From Candidatus Omnitrophota bacterium (lineage in GTDB: Bacteria > Omnitrophota > Gorgyraeia > Gygaellales > JBFMHM01): a stretch of DNA of 64,000 bases. Shown in pieces: positions 1 through 10,059 of this stretch (its first letter is position 1; the number at the start of each line of letters is the position of its first letter). Both the position numbers and the translations under genes were made by a program. The stretch covers positions 2,076 to 66,075 of the forward strand of contig JBFMHM010000007.1 of NCBI GenBank assembly GCA_040753015.1, in the 5' to 3' direction. The notes beneath the pieces are model-generated. The model did no database searches and had not been told where the DNA came from. It saw only the letters and a list, made by a program, of their open reading frames with translations.

Positions 1-473
1 AATAAGAACGATACACCATAAACACCTGTGATATCTGCAATTTGAATTATCGGTAAATTATTATATTGAGAATACCCTAAAATTGCCCAACCAAAACCTG
101 TTAGAATATAATTACGAATATATTCTAAGATAACCCAGCATGAAGAAACTAGAAGCATGTTTTTTATTTCTGGCCTATAAATATAGGAAAAAACTACACC
201 AAAAATTGCAAAATATAGCCCTAGATATAGGACTAAAATTATCAGTCCGGAAACCGTTACATGTGCTAGCCAATAGATTGCGCCTAAAAAGAATAATACC
301 CCCGTAAAATATGAAAGTAAAAATACCTGCCATTTATTTCTCTCCTGAATAGCAAAGAATAGCGGAACAAAACCAACCCAGGCAAGACCCCAGATGAACG
401 GTTTTAATGAAGTAAAAATTAAAAATATTGCGGATAAAATACTTAATAAGAAAGATAATATTTTTCTGTTCAT
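1..473 (-). CDS. lnt: apolipoprotein N-acyltransferase, N-terminal part (runs off window)
   Basis: Manual translation from ATG 473: MNRKILSFLLSILS...LAWVGFVPLFF...WVILEYIRNYILTGFGWAILGYSQ...IQIADITGVYGVSFL, typical Lnt membrane segment. Confidence 0.9.
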   Translation of the reverse strand, partial: MNRKILSFLLSILSAIFLIFTSLKPFIWGLAWVGFVPLFFAIQERNKWQVFLLSYFTGVLFFLGAIYWLAHVTVSGLIILVLYLGLYFAIFGVVFSYIYRPEIKNMLLVSSCWVILEYIRNYILTGFGWAILGYSQYNNLPIIQIADITGVYGVSFL

Positions 474-532
474 AATGCCCTAATTTTATTATATTACGCG
501 TAATCTATCTTGGAAGGGAGAATTGGCAAATC

Positions 533-3439
533 TTACCTGCCACAGCATTTTTTGTACTTCCTACCGCTTTTGCATGGACAAGGCTCATTACGGCCAACTT
601 CTTTAGTTTTAACAACCGGTTTTGAAGGAGTTTCTTGAGGCATACCCGGCTCTACATGAGGCTCTTTAAAGGTCTCTTTTTCCGGATGAATATAACTTTG
701 AGGCACAGAATCGAATACGCCTTTGACCTGACGCGGCATCGATAATTTAACTTTAAATAAAGCTTGTACTGACTCAAGCTTTATGCTTTCAATCATACCA
801 CTAAACATATTGAATGCTTCGCGCTGGTATTCTATTAAAGGATCTCTTTGGCCATATGCTCTTAGACTAATTCCTTCTCTCAATGTATCCATTGCGTACA
901 AATGCTCTTTCCATTTAGTATCTATTACCTGAAGGCAAATGAACCTCTCTAAAAATTTGAGCTGCTCGGCATTAGTTATCTCTTTTTGATGGTAAACTTC
1001 TTTTATTTTTTCAAAAATATAATCCTTTAACTCTTCTTCCGCCAAAGGCGGATCCGCCTCAGGCGGAAAATTTTCTACTACTATACCAAAAGTATCTTTT
1101 AACGATCTATCTAAACCATCATAATCTCTTTCTTCTCCAGATAGGAATTGTTGGATATAAATATCTAAAATTTCATCAGCTATTATAAATATATCTTCTT
1201 TTATATCTTGTCCTTCTAAGACTTGTTTTCTTCTGCCATAGATAACTTCTCTTTGTTTATTCATAACATTATCATATTCAAGCAGCTGTTTTCTGATTTC
1301 AAAATTATGCTGCTCAACTCTTCTTTGTGCTGTTTCAATTGATTTTGATACCCAAGGATGCTCAATTGCCTGTCCAGCTTGCCAAGAAAACTTATCTAAT
1401 AGTCCGATCAAGCGATCGGAACCAAAAATACGCATTAGATCATCTTCTAACGATACATAAAATCTCGACGAACCAGGATCTCCCTGACGGCCAGACCTAC
1501 CGCGTAACTGGTTATCAATTCTACGCGCCTCATGGCGCTCTGTACCAATAACATGAAGCCCGCCGGTTTCAATTACTTTATTATGCTCATCACTAGCCTG
1601 CTTTCTAAATTTTTCAATATATAATTTAAATTTATCGTTATAATCTTTATTCTCTTGAGCTATTTTTTCCTCTCTAAGCAAAGTTTTTGTTAAAAAGTCA
1701 GGATTACCGCCTAAAAGAATATCGGTGCCGCGGCCTGCCATGTTTGTAGCAATAGTTATTGCCTTAAAGCGGCCGGCTTGAGCAATAATTTGCGCTTCCA
1801 TTTCATGGTATTTTGCATTTAAAACATTATGGGGAATACCTCTTTCTTGTAACAAATTTGAGATAATTTCGGAATTTTCAATTGAGATTGTTCCAACTAA
1901 AACAGGTTGCCCATTCTTATAGCATTCAACTATTTCCAAAATAATCGCATCAAATTTCTCTTTTTCTGTTTTATAAATTATATCGGGATAATTTTTACGG
2001 ATTAAAACACGGTTAGTCGGAATAGGAATTACATCTAATTTATAAATTTGTTTAAATTCCTGTGCCTCTGTAAAAGCAGTACCTGTCATGCCCGCTAGTT
2101 TTTCATACATCCTGAAGTAATTCTGAAATGTAATCGTAGCAAGGGTCTGATTCTCACGTTCAATCTTTAGATTTTCTTTTGCCTCTATTGCCTGGTGAAG
2201 ACCATCAGACCAACGACGCCCCGGCATAATCCTGCCAGTGAATTCATCAACAATAACAACTTTACCATCTTTAATAATGTACTGAACATCCTTGCGATAC
2301 ATTGGGCTATGCGCCATAAGCGCCTGAATTATATGATGGCGCCACTCAATAGTCTCTATTTCATGCAAGCTGGGTATTCCCAAAGACTTGCTTACCTTAA
2401 CCTCACCTTCCTCTGTCAGATGCACGGCATGGGCTTTTTCATCGATCAAATAATCATAACCTTGAGATATATCAATACCCTTATATTTTGCATCTATCTG
2501 CTCTTTCTCTGAAACAACCTTTCCTTTTAATTTAGAGATAACTTTATCTGCAATATAATATTTTTCGGTAGATTCTTCTGCTGGGCCAGAAATAATTAAA
2601 GGCGTACGCGCCTCATCAACTAATATTGAATCTACTTCATCGACAATTGCATAATGAAACGGCCGTTGAACCATTTCACTCTTATCAATAACCATATTGT
2701 CGCGCAGATAATCAAAACCAAATTCATTATTTGTTCCATAGGTAACATCTTTAGAATATTCATAGCGGCGGGCATCTGGATCTAAATCATGCTGGATTAC
2801 TCCTACGGAAAGCCCTAAAAATTCATAAATTGGGCCCATCCATTCACGGTCACGGCGCGCTAAATAATCATTGACTGTTACAATATGGACGCCTCGACCC
2901 AAAAGCGCATTTAAATAAGCTGGCAGTGTTGCAACTAATGTTTTTCCTTCACCTGTAGCCATCTCAGCAATTTTGCCTTGATGAAGAATTATACCGCCAA
3001 GCAGCTGCGAGTCAAAATGCCGCATATTACAAACTCGCCTTGCAGCCTCACGCACAACGCTAAAAGCCTCACATAAGATATTGTCAAAAACTTTATTATG
3101 TAAATTTTTTAAACTTAAATGTAGCTTATCTTTCTCTTCGGGAATAACTGCTGTATTAAAACGTTCCTTTAGTTCTATAATTTGACTTTCCAATTCTTTT
3201 TCTTTTTTAAAAACATGCTCTTTAAACTCTTCGGTTTTATCCCGAAGCCCTTGATCAGATAAAGCTTTTACTTTTTCCTCTAAACTATTTATCTGGCTAA
3301 CATATTTGGCAAGACTGCTAATTTCAGCGATTGCCGAAGTAGGAAGCTCTAATCCAAGTTTAATATTAACACTGGGTTTAAGCCGGTCAATTTTTCTTTG
3401 ATGATTTTTTAAAGTTGTTTTTTTAATAAAACTTAACAT
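533..3439 (-). CDS. secA: preprotein translocase subunit SecA
   Basis: MATGEGKT, VDEVDSIL, GTERHEARRIDNQLRGRSGRQGDPG, C-terminal SEC-C motif GRNEPCPCKSGRKYKKCCG. Confidence 0.99.
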   Translation of the reverse strand: MLSFIKKTTLKNHQRKIDRLKPSVNIKLGLELPTSAIAEISSLAKYVSQINSLEEKVKALSDQGLRDKTEEFKEHVFKKEKELESQIIELKERFNTAVIPEEKDKLHLSLKNLHNKVFDNILCEAFSVVREAARRVCNMRHFDSQLLGGIILHQGKIAEMATGEGKTLVATLPAYLNALLGRGVHIVTVNDYLARRDREWMGPIYEFLGLSVGVIQHDLDPDARRYEYSKDVTYGTNNEFGFDYLRDNMVIDKSEMVQRPFHYAIVDEVDSILVDEARTPLIISGPAEESTEKYYIADKVISKLKGKVVSEKEQIDAKYKGIDISQGYDYLIDEKAHAVHLTEEGEVKVSKSLGIPSLHEIETIEWRHHIIQALMAHSPMYRKDVQYIIKDGKVVIVDEFTGRIMPGRRWSDGLHQAIEAKENLKIERENQTLATITFQNYFRMYEKLAGMTGTAFTEAQEFKQIYKLDVIPIPTNRVLIRKNYPDIIYKTEKEKFDAIILEIVECYKNGQPVLVGTISIENSEIISNLLQERGIPHNVLNAKYHEMEAQIIAQAGRFKAITIATNMAGRGTDILLGGNPDFLTKTLLREEKIAQENKDYNDKFKLYIEKFRKQASDEHNKVIETGGLHVIGTERHEARRIDNQLRGRSGRQGDPGSSRFYVSLEDDLMRIFGSDRLIGLLDKFSWQAGQAIEHPWVSKSIETAQRRVEQHNFEIRKQLLEYDNVMNKQREVIYGRRKQVLEGQDIKEDIFIIADEILDIYIQQFLSGEERDYDGLDRSLKDTFGIVVENFPPEADPPLAEEELKDYIFEKIKEVYHQKEITNAEQLKFLERFICLQVIDTKWKEHLYAMDTLREGISLRAYGQRDPLIEYQREAFNMFSGMIESIKLESVQALFKVKLSMPRQVKGVFDSVPQSYIHPEKETFKEPHVEPGMPQETPSKPVVKTKEVGRNEPCPCKSGRKYKKCCGR
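1039..1066. repeat. double-hairpin palindrome CCGCC-AAA-GGCGG-AT-CCGCC-TCA-GGCGG inside secA
   Basis: GC-rich palindrome in AT-rich context, read in frame as PPEADPPLA. Confidence 0.75.
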
Positions 3440-4537
3440 TGCTTGCTTTTTTGAATTTTCAAATATGCTTCTATAAAATCGTCTAATTTCCCATCCATAA
3501 CCGCACTAACATTGCCGGTTTCAAAATCTGTTCGGTGATCTTTTACCATATTATAAGGATGCATCACATAACTTCTAATCTGACTGCCCCATTCAATTTT
3601 TTGCTTTAAGCCCGACTCTTTTTGTAAAACCTGTTTTTGTTCTTCTGCCCGTTTTTCGAAGAGACGCGCCTTCAAAATCTTTAAAGCTGTTTGTTTGTTT
3701 TGATATTGCGAACGTTCATTCTGACAAGAAACAACAATACCTGTAGGTAAATGAGTAATACGCACAGCAGAGTCTGTCGTATTCACACCTTGCCCTCCCG
3801 GGCCGCTTGCTCGATAAACATCAATACGCAAGTCTTCTTCTTTTACATTAACATCTCCCGCCTCTTCTACCTCTGGGATCACATCAACAGAGGCAAACGA
3901 CGTATGCCTTCTTTTATTAGAATCAAAAGGAGAAATTCTTACCAAGCGGTGCACACCGCGTTCTGCCTTTAAATATCCATAAGCATAGAATCCATCGATA
4001 AGAATAGTGGCATTCTTAATTCCTGCTTCTTCCCCAGCTAGATAATCAATTACTTTAGTTTTAAATCCTCGCAATTCTGCAAAACGTAAATACATTCGAA
4101 AAAGCATACTTGCCCAGTCACAGGATTCTGTACCCCCGGCACCTGCATTGATAGAGAGGATTGCATTACTTTTATCGAATTCTCCTGATAAAAGAGTCTG
4201 AAATTCTAAAATGTCTGCTTTTCTGATAATCTCTTCTAATTCTTTATCGAAAGAAATAAAAAAATCATCCGGCTCTTTTAGAGAAATTTCAAATAATTCT
4301 TTCAATTCCTTAAACTTAACGAAGGAAGTCTGAAAATTATCAATGGTATCTTTTAATTGTTTCAACTCAACTACAATTTTATTTGCCTCTTCTTGATTAT
4401 TCCAGAATGAAGCATTTGTCATTAAATCATTGATTTCTTTAATTCGCTTAAGCTTATTATCAACGTCAAAGATAACCTCTTAGTTGACTAAACTTATCTT
4501 CTAAATCCTGAATTTTTTTAACGATTACATCGTGCAT
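3433..4537 (-). CDS. prfB: peptide chain release factor 2, programmed +1 frameshift
   Basis: SPF and GGQ motifs. First frame from ATG 4537 reads MHDVIVKKIQDLEDKFSQLRGYL, ending at CTT TGA C (4465-4471) with internal SD AGAGG (4476-4480). Confidence 0.97.
4465..4480 (-). promoter_or_regulatory. prfB frameshift site AGAGG-TTAT-CTT-TGA-C
   Basis: Canonical RF2 autoregulatory frameshift signal. Confidence 0.95.
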
Positions 4538-5610
4538 TATTGCCTCTTTATTCCTTTCAAAGCTAAACTTAAATCATCTTTATTATCGGAAAAATCCATG
4601 GCTACTTCCGGGCTAATCTTTTTTTCTTTAATTAACTTCATTAAACACTGATTAAAACTTTGCATACCAAATAACTCCCCTTCTTCTATATAACGCGGAA
4701 TTTCATATTCTTTTGCCTCCCGTATAAGACGGCCGATAGTCGGCGTAAGTATCATTGTTTCATAAGCGGGAATTCTCGCCTTAACATCAATTCTTGGAAT
4801 AAGACGAAGAGAAATTACGCCTTTGAGTAACATTGATAGTTGAAGCCGAATTTGATTATGCTGGTGCGGCGGGAAAAAATTAATAATTCGCTCTATCGTC
4901 TGATAAGCATTAATTGTGTGCAATGTACTCAAAACCAAAACTCCGGTCTCTGCGGCTGTTAGAGCTGCTTTCATTGTTTCTTCGTCGCGAATATTACCAA
5001 TTAAAATAACATCGGGGCTCTGCAAAGTAAATGCCTTTAGAGCAGTAGGATAACAAGAAACATCTATCCCTAAATCCCTTTGATTAACAATTGACTTTTT
5101 ATCTGAAAAAGTGTATTCGATAGGTTCTTCGACGGTTAAGACATGCCTCTTTAAATTCTGATTTATGTATTCAATTATGCTAGCAAGCGTTGTAGATTTA
5201 CCGCTTCCCATAGATCCGGTCAACAAAACTAACCCTCTCCGCTCACAAGAGAGCCGCTTTAAAACCTCCGCGGGCAAATTCAGTTCTTCAAAGCTATCTA
5301 TTTTATTCGGGATATGCCTTACGACAAGCGAAGGTGTATTGCGCTGCTGAAATATACTAACGCGAAACCGCGTAGATAATTCTTCTGAATAATAAGCAAA
5401 ATCAATATCAAGGCATTTTTTATATTTCTCAATCTGTTCCTTAGTAGCGAGTTCCTCGATAAATTTTTGCATATCTTCGGCTGAAAGGATTTTATCATCA
5501 AATGATTCTACCTCACCATTAATCCTTAGGTGAATATTTGCAGCGCTGCGGCAAAATAAATCTGATGCCTTTTTTTCTATCATTAATTTGAATATTTCTT
5601 CTATATGCAT
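4537..5610 (-). CDS. PilT/PilU family type IV pilus retraction ATPase
   Basis: ASDLF, Walker A GSMGSGKST, EEPIE, SPDVILIGNIRD, AAETG, STLHT, GMQSF. Confidence 0.92.
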   Translation of the reverse strand: MHIEEIFKLMIEKKASDLFCRSAANIHLRINGEVESFDDKILSAEDMQKFIEELATKEQIEKYKKCLDIDFAYYSEELSTRFRVSIFQQRNTPSLVVRHIPNKIDSFEELNLPAEVLKRLSCERRGLVLLTGSMGSGKSTTLASIIEYINQNLKRHVLTVEEPIEYTFSDKKSIVNQRDLGIDVSCYPTALKAFTLQSPDVILIGNIRDEETMKAALTAAETGVLVLSTLHTINAYQTIERIINFFPPHQHNQIRLQLSMLLKGVISLRLIPRIDVKARIPAYETMILTPTIGRLIREAKEYEIPRYIEEGELFGMQSFNQCLMKLIKEKKISPEVAMDFSDNKDDLSLALKGIKRQ

Positions 5611-5775
5611 AATTACCTCTTTGTTTTATATGATTACTAGTATATCTTTTGTACTCAAGATAGCAAGAGTTTTATATATAATCCTTTTCTATTTTAAGTA
5701 ATCTTTTCTTCAAACTTAAACCATTAGAATATCCTCCAAGCGAGCCGTCTGAATTTATTATCCGATGGCAAGGTT

Positions 5776-7026
5776 TCATTTAATTAAATATTTTTTTCTT
5801 AATAATAAATTATACGAATGTGCGAAACGATGGGCTTCGTCGCGTATACGTTGAACTAATTTTAATGCTGCTGAATCTCTGGGTAGATTTACTCCAGAAG
5901 GTTTTTTAGTGCTAAATATAATTTCATTCTCCTTAGCAATACTAATTACAGGGATATCTATCCTTAATCTTTTTAAGACTTCCAGCCCAACTGATAAATG
6001 CCCTTTACCTCCATCAATTAAAATCAAATCCGGTAAAGATGCTTTTTCTCTAATCAATTTAGAATAGCGTCGGTTGAGCACTTCTTCTAAACAACTGTAA
6101 TCGTCTCTACCTGTAACAGTTTTTATTTTAAATCGTCTATACCCCGACTTATCAGCTACGCCTTTACAAAAAGATACCAACGATCCTGCTTTAAAACTTT
6201 CACCTATAGAAGAAATATCAAATGCCTCAATCCTTAAGGGTATTTTATTCAAATCTAATGTTTTTTTTAGAGACTCCAAATCGTTCTGAGCTCTATCTTC
6301 TATATTAAATAAACTTCCTAATGCATTAATTTCATCGCGTAACTCTTTTGCCTCCTCAAAATGTTTACGCTTTGCTGCTTCAAACATTTTTTTTGTTAAG
6401 CTATTAATTAATTCTTCATATCTGCCTTCTAAAAATAAAGACACGTTATTAATAATCTGGCGATATTTTAATTTAGTTTTTCTATCAGCGCATGGCGCAA
6501 AACAAAGATTAAGTTTTGAATAAAGGCAGGCCTTCCTGGCGGCAGGCAGAGATTCTTTAGGCAAGTTTTTACAAGTCCTAAACTTAAAAATTCTTCGTAA
6601 TATTTTAAAAGCCTCCCTTAGGAGCGCTGCATCAGGATAAGGGCCATAATATTTGAAGTCGCCAGTTTGTTTATAGGGCCTGCCGATAAAAACACGCGGA
6701 AATTCTTCATTTGTGATTATTATCGCCGGATAACTTTTATCATCTTTTAAAGAAATATTGTATTTTGGCTGATATTTCTTAATTAAAGCATTTTCTAAAA
6801 GTAATGCGGAAGCCTCATTAGTAGTTTTTATATATTCAACCGAAGCAATGTTATTAACTAAAGTAAAGGTTTTTAAAACCTGTTTTTGCCCCGAGGAAAA
6901 ATAGGTTGAAATCCGTTTTTTTAAATTACGCGCCTTACCAATATAAATAATGTTCTTTCTAACATCTCTCATTAAGTAAACGCCGCAAGTATTTGGAGCA
7001 TTCACTATTAGTTCTTTAAAGTCCAT
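5776..7026 (-). CDS. uvrC: excinuclease ABC subunit C (compact, no obvious C-terminal HhH)
   Basis: GIY-YIG (GVYLM...IYIGKA), UVR coil, RIEAFDIS, DLILIDGGKG, RIRDEAHRFA. Confidence 0.93.
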   Translation of the reverse strand: MDFKELIVNAPNTCGVYLMRDVRKNIIYIGKARNLKKRISTYFSSGQKQVLKTFTLVNNIASVEYIKTTNEASALLLENALIKKYQPKYNISLKDDKSYPAIIITNEEFPRVFIGRPYKQTGDFKYYGPYPDAALLREAFKILRRIFKFRTCKNLPKESLPAARKACLYSKLNLCFAPCADRKTKLKYRQIINNVSLFLEGRYEELINSLTKKMFEAAKRKHFEEAKELRDEINALGSLFNIEDRAQNDLESLKKTLDLNKIPLRIEAFDISSIGESFKAGSLVSFCKGVADKSGYRRFKIKTVTGRDDYSCLEEVLNRRYSKLIREKASLPDLILIDGGKGHLSVGLEVLKRLRIDIPVISIAKENEIIFSTKKPSGVNLPRDSAALKLVQRIRDEAHRFAHSYNLLLRKKYLIK

Positions 7027-8564
7027 TTTATAATTTGATTAATTTTTTTAATTCCGAGTAAATTAGTGATCAACATATAAACCGCTGTACCAATAATAAT
7101 CACAAAAATAAGCTTAACAATAATATCAAATCTCACAAACCTCCAAAATACATATAAAAATAACCCCATAACCAAACTTGCATAGCAAACCTTAAGAATA
7201 AATTGCTGTAAATTTTTCGTGAATAAAGTAGTATCTGTCTTCTTATATGCTGCGTGCAGCATTAAAAAATTAAAAGCCGATGATATAGCGCTAGCTAAAG
7301 CAAGGCCACCTACTTTTAAGGGCCAGATTAATATTAAGTTTAAACATAAATTCAGCAACAATGACAAAAAAGCAATTTTTACGGGAGTAGCTGTATCTTG
7401 TCTTGAATAAAAATTTGAAGCCATAATCCTTGCGCTTGCATAAAACGGCAGGCCCAGCGAAAAAAACATTAAAGCAAAACTTGTGATATTAGTAGAATAG
7501 CTGGTGAATTTACCCCTTTGAAATAAAACCTGTATTACCGGATGAGCTAGAATAAATAGAGCCACTAAACAAGGAATCATAATAAAAAAAATTGCTTTCA
7601 AAGAAAAAATAAGAGTGTTCCTATGTTCTTCGGCTTGGCCTTGAGCAATTTTTTTTGATAATGATGGTAAAATAGCAGTCATCATCGCTGTACTAAAAAT
7701 ACCCAAAGGAAATTGAATTAAATGATTTGCATAATAAACTGCTGAAACCGCACCTTCTCCCACAATCCAAGATAAAGAAGCTAAAATAGTATCCATAAAA
7801 ACATTTAATTGATAAACAATGGTCCCAAATATTCTGGGAATAATCAACTTAAATATTTTATTTACAGCCGGATGGAAAATATCTATCTTAATCATTTTAA
7901 AATCGGCACCCTTGGATAAATCGTAGAATTTTTTAGCACTCGAAATGATATGCATTACAAACTGTAATAATCCTCCAGCTAAAACTCCTAAAGCAAGGCT
8001 AAAAATAGGTTGGTGCAATCTATTAAAAGTTAAAAATATTGCAAAAATCATAGCAATATTTAAAAAACAAGGGCTTAGTGCAGAAATAGAAAAAACTCCT
8101 TCTGTATTTAAAAATGCCATCAATAGCGCAACTAGGCCGATAAAGAATACATAAGGAAAATTTATCTTTAAAATCTCTATTGTTAGGTTCAATTTATCCG
8201 GGCTTGAAATAAAACCCGGTGCAATAACCCTTACAACGAATGGAGCCAGTAAAACACCTAAAATTACTATTATCACTAAAATAATAGATAATAGTATAAA
8301 AATACTTAAAATTAGGCTCAGGTAAGATTCTTTTTTATGTTTAACCGAATATTCTGAGAATACTGGTACTAACGCGCTGGAAGCCGCACCTTCACCTATA
8401 ATATCGCGAAAAAGATTCGGTATACGAAAAGCAACAAAAAAAGCATCTAGGCTTGAAGAAGTACCAAAGAATCCTGCAATCACGATATCACGGGCAAAAC
8501 CCAAAATACGTGAACAGAGCGTAAAAAAACTAACCCGAGAAAAAGACTTGACTATTGACTTCAT
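7008..8564 (-). CDS. murJ: lipid II flippase MurJ (MviN)
   Basis: SRILGFARD, DAFFVAFRIPNLFR..GEGA, many TM helices. Confidence 0.96.
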   Translation of the reverse strand: MKSIVKSFSRVSFFTLCSRILGFARDIVIAGFFGTSSSLDAFFVAFRIPNLFRDIIGEGAASSALVPVFSEYSVKHKKESYLSLILSIFILLSIILVIIVILGVLLAPFVVRVIAPGFISSPDKLNLTIEILKINFPYVFFIGLVALLMAFLNTEGVFSISALSPCFLNIAMIFAIFLTFNRLHQPIFSLALGVLAGGLLQFVMHIISSAKKFYDLSKGADFKMIKIDIFHPAVNKIFKLIIPRIFGTIVYQLNVFMDTILASLSWIVGEGAVSAVYYANHLIQFPLGIFSTAMMTAILPSLSKKIAQGQAEEHRNTLIFSLKAIFFIMIPCLVALFILAHPVIQVLFQRGKFTSYSTNITSFALMFFSLGLPFYASARIMASNFYSRQDTATPVKIAFLSLLLNLCLNLILIWPLKVGGLALASAISSAFNFLMLHAAYKKTDTTLFTKNLQQFILKVCYASLVMGLFLYVFWRFVRFDIIVKLIFVIIIGTAVYMLITNLLGIKKINQIIKWTLKN

Positions 8565-8576
8565 CTGTGTTATAAA
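8548..8576 (+). promoter_or_regulatory. candidate sigma70 promoter of rpsT
   Basis: TTGACT-17bp-TATAAA, with SD AAGGAG before ATG 8611. Confidence 0.5.
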
Positions 8577-8610
8577 TTAACCCTTAACAAATTTTAAAAG
8601 GAGAAAATTA

Positions 8611-8871
8611 ATGCCTCAACGTAAGTGTGCCTTAAAAGCAATGCGCTCAAGTAAAAAAAAGCGTGTTAATAATTTAAAGATTAAAAACAATATCAAAAAA
8701 CTAATAAAAAATTTTATCAAACTGATTTCTACAAAAAAACTTGAAGAAGCTAAAAAACTACTCCCGAGTATCGCGTCTAGCCTTGACAAAGCAGCAAAAA
8801 AGAAAATTATCCATATAAATAGCGCTAAGAGGAAAATTTCCCGCCTAGCTTTAAAGCTAAAAAGTACATAA
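8611..8871 (+). CDS. rpsT: 30S ribosomal protein S20
   Basis: Basic 86 aa, LDKAAKKKIIHINSAKRKISRL. Confidence 0.95.
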   Translation: MPQRKCALKAMRSSKKKRVNNLKIKNNIKKLIKNFIKLISTKKLEEAKKLLPSIASSLDKAAKKKIIHINSAKRKISRLALKLKST

Positions 8872-9498
8872 TTTAATTAAAAACACTTCCAAAGCAACTG
8901 TTTCTGTAAGACGTCCTGTTTTTATAGCTAGATCTGTTTCTAATAACAAATTAAACCTTCTCAACCTATCTTGCAAATTTAAATTTTCTTTCTCCCATTG
9001 ATACCTAAGAGCACCAATTATCTTCTGCGCTTGAGTTCTCTGCAACATTAACTCATTTAATAGACATAAAGCTTCTTGTGTTTTTTTTTGGTCTATCAGG
9101 CGGCCTAAACTAAAAACGCTTGGATAAAAGCCGCGTTTAAAAGTAAAAACTTTTATCTGGCTGCAATTAACAAGTTTATTAATAAAGTCATCTTTTATAT
9201 CAAAGTTGTATATATCTAGAATTAATAATATATGCGCGGATGGATTTTTTATATATTCAAGCAGGAATTTCTTGGAATCTTGTGATAGATGCTCGACTTC
9301 TTTTATAACAAAAATTATTTTCTTGTCTTTGAAAGGATACTTGTGAAGGTATTCCTGTAATTCGACACAGGTCAGTTCTTTAGCAAAAACGGTTTGAAAA
9401 TTTAATTTATCCAAGCTGGTATCTAGATTTTCTTTTTTTATTAACTCAAGTTTCTTCCTCTTGGATAATTCATCTTCTCCTATAAATAAATAAGTCAC
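8857..9498 (-). CDS. holA: DNA polymerase III delta subunit (short)
   Basis: YLFIGEDE start, LLETDLAIKTG end, lptE-holA-rpsT context. Confidence 0.8.
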   Translation of the reverse strand: MTYLFIGEDELSKRKKLELIKKENLDTSLDKLNFQTVFAKELTCVELQEYLHKYPFKDKKIIFVIKEVEHLSQDSKKFLLEYIKNPSAHILLILDIYNFDIKDDFINKLVNCSQIKVFTFKRGFYPSVFSLGRLIDQKKTQEALCLLNELMLQRTQAQKIIGALRYQWEKENLNLQDRLRRFNLLLETDLAIKTGRLTETVALEVFLIKLCTF

Positions 9499-9504
9499 GT
9501 CTTA

Positions 9505-10059
9505 TCACCATGCTTCAACGGTTTTTTCGACAATCCTACGCACCAAATCAAAACTTGCCTCTCTGACAATCGTATCATCACTTTTCTCAAGATTGCCTTC
9601 TACAAATGTACTTGTATCGCCGCCATAATTATTTAATTCCCAAAGCATTTTATTATTACGGCTATCATAAAGCCTTACATCTACAAGAATATTTACACGA
9701 TATTCCTCAACCTCATTATCAGCATTATAACGCACTGGGTCTTTACGATAATCAATAAGTTCTCCTGATAAGATCAGATCAGCATTTTTACTAGACACCA
9801 CCCTAAGGCTTCCATCAATAATAAACCTATCAACTAAAGAATTAGTTAACGTTGTTTCAACCCCGGCAGTATATGTCTTATAAATACTGCGGCTACCTTC
9901 CGATGTAAAATTAATCTTATTCTTAAACGGATCTATATGTATTGTTTTTAAATCTGGCGCGAGGGCTGTTTTTGTTGTGTAACCACATCCGGCTAAAATT
10001 GAAACTAAGAAACAAATCTGCACAATCGGTATTATCAATCTACCTAATTTGGAATTCAT
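9505..10059 (-). CDS. lptE: LptE family lipoprotein
   Basis: Lipobox LAGC-GY, ADLILSGEL, upstream of holA. Confidence 0.8.
   Translation of the reverse strand: MNSKLGRLIIPIVQICFLVSILAGCGYTTKTALAPDLKTIHIDPFKNKINFTSEGSRSIYKTYTAGVETTLTNSLVDRFIIDGSLRVVSSKNADLILSGELIDYRKDPVRYNADNEVEEYRVNILVDVRLYDSRNNKMLWELNNYGGDTSTFVEGNLEKSDDTIVREASFDLVRRIVEKTVEAW

Noticed and set aside
5700-5775. Hairpin upstream of pilT/U as a c-di-GMP riboswitch
   Set aside because: Only one imperfect stem (GCCATCGGA/TCAGACGGC); the GEMM consensus elements are not recognisable.
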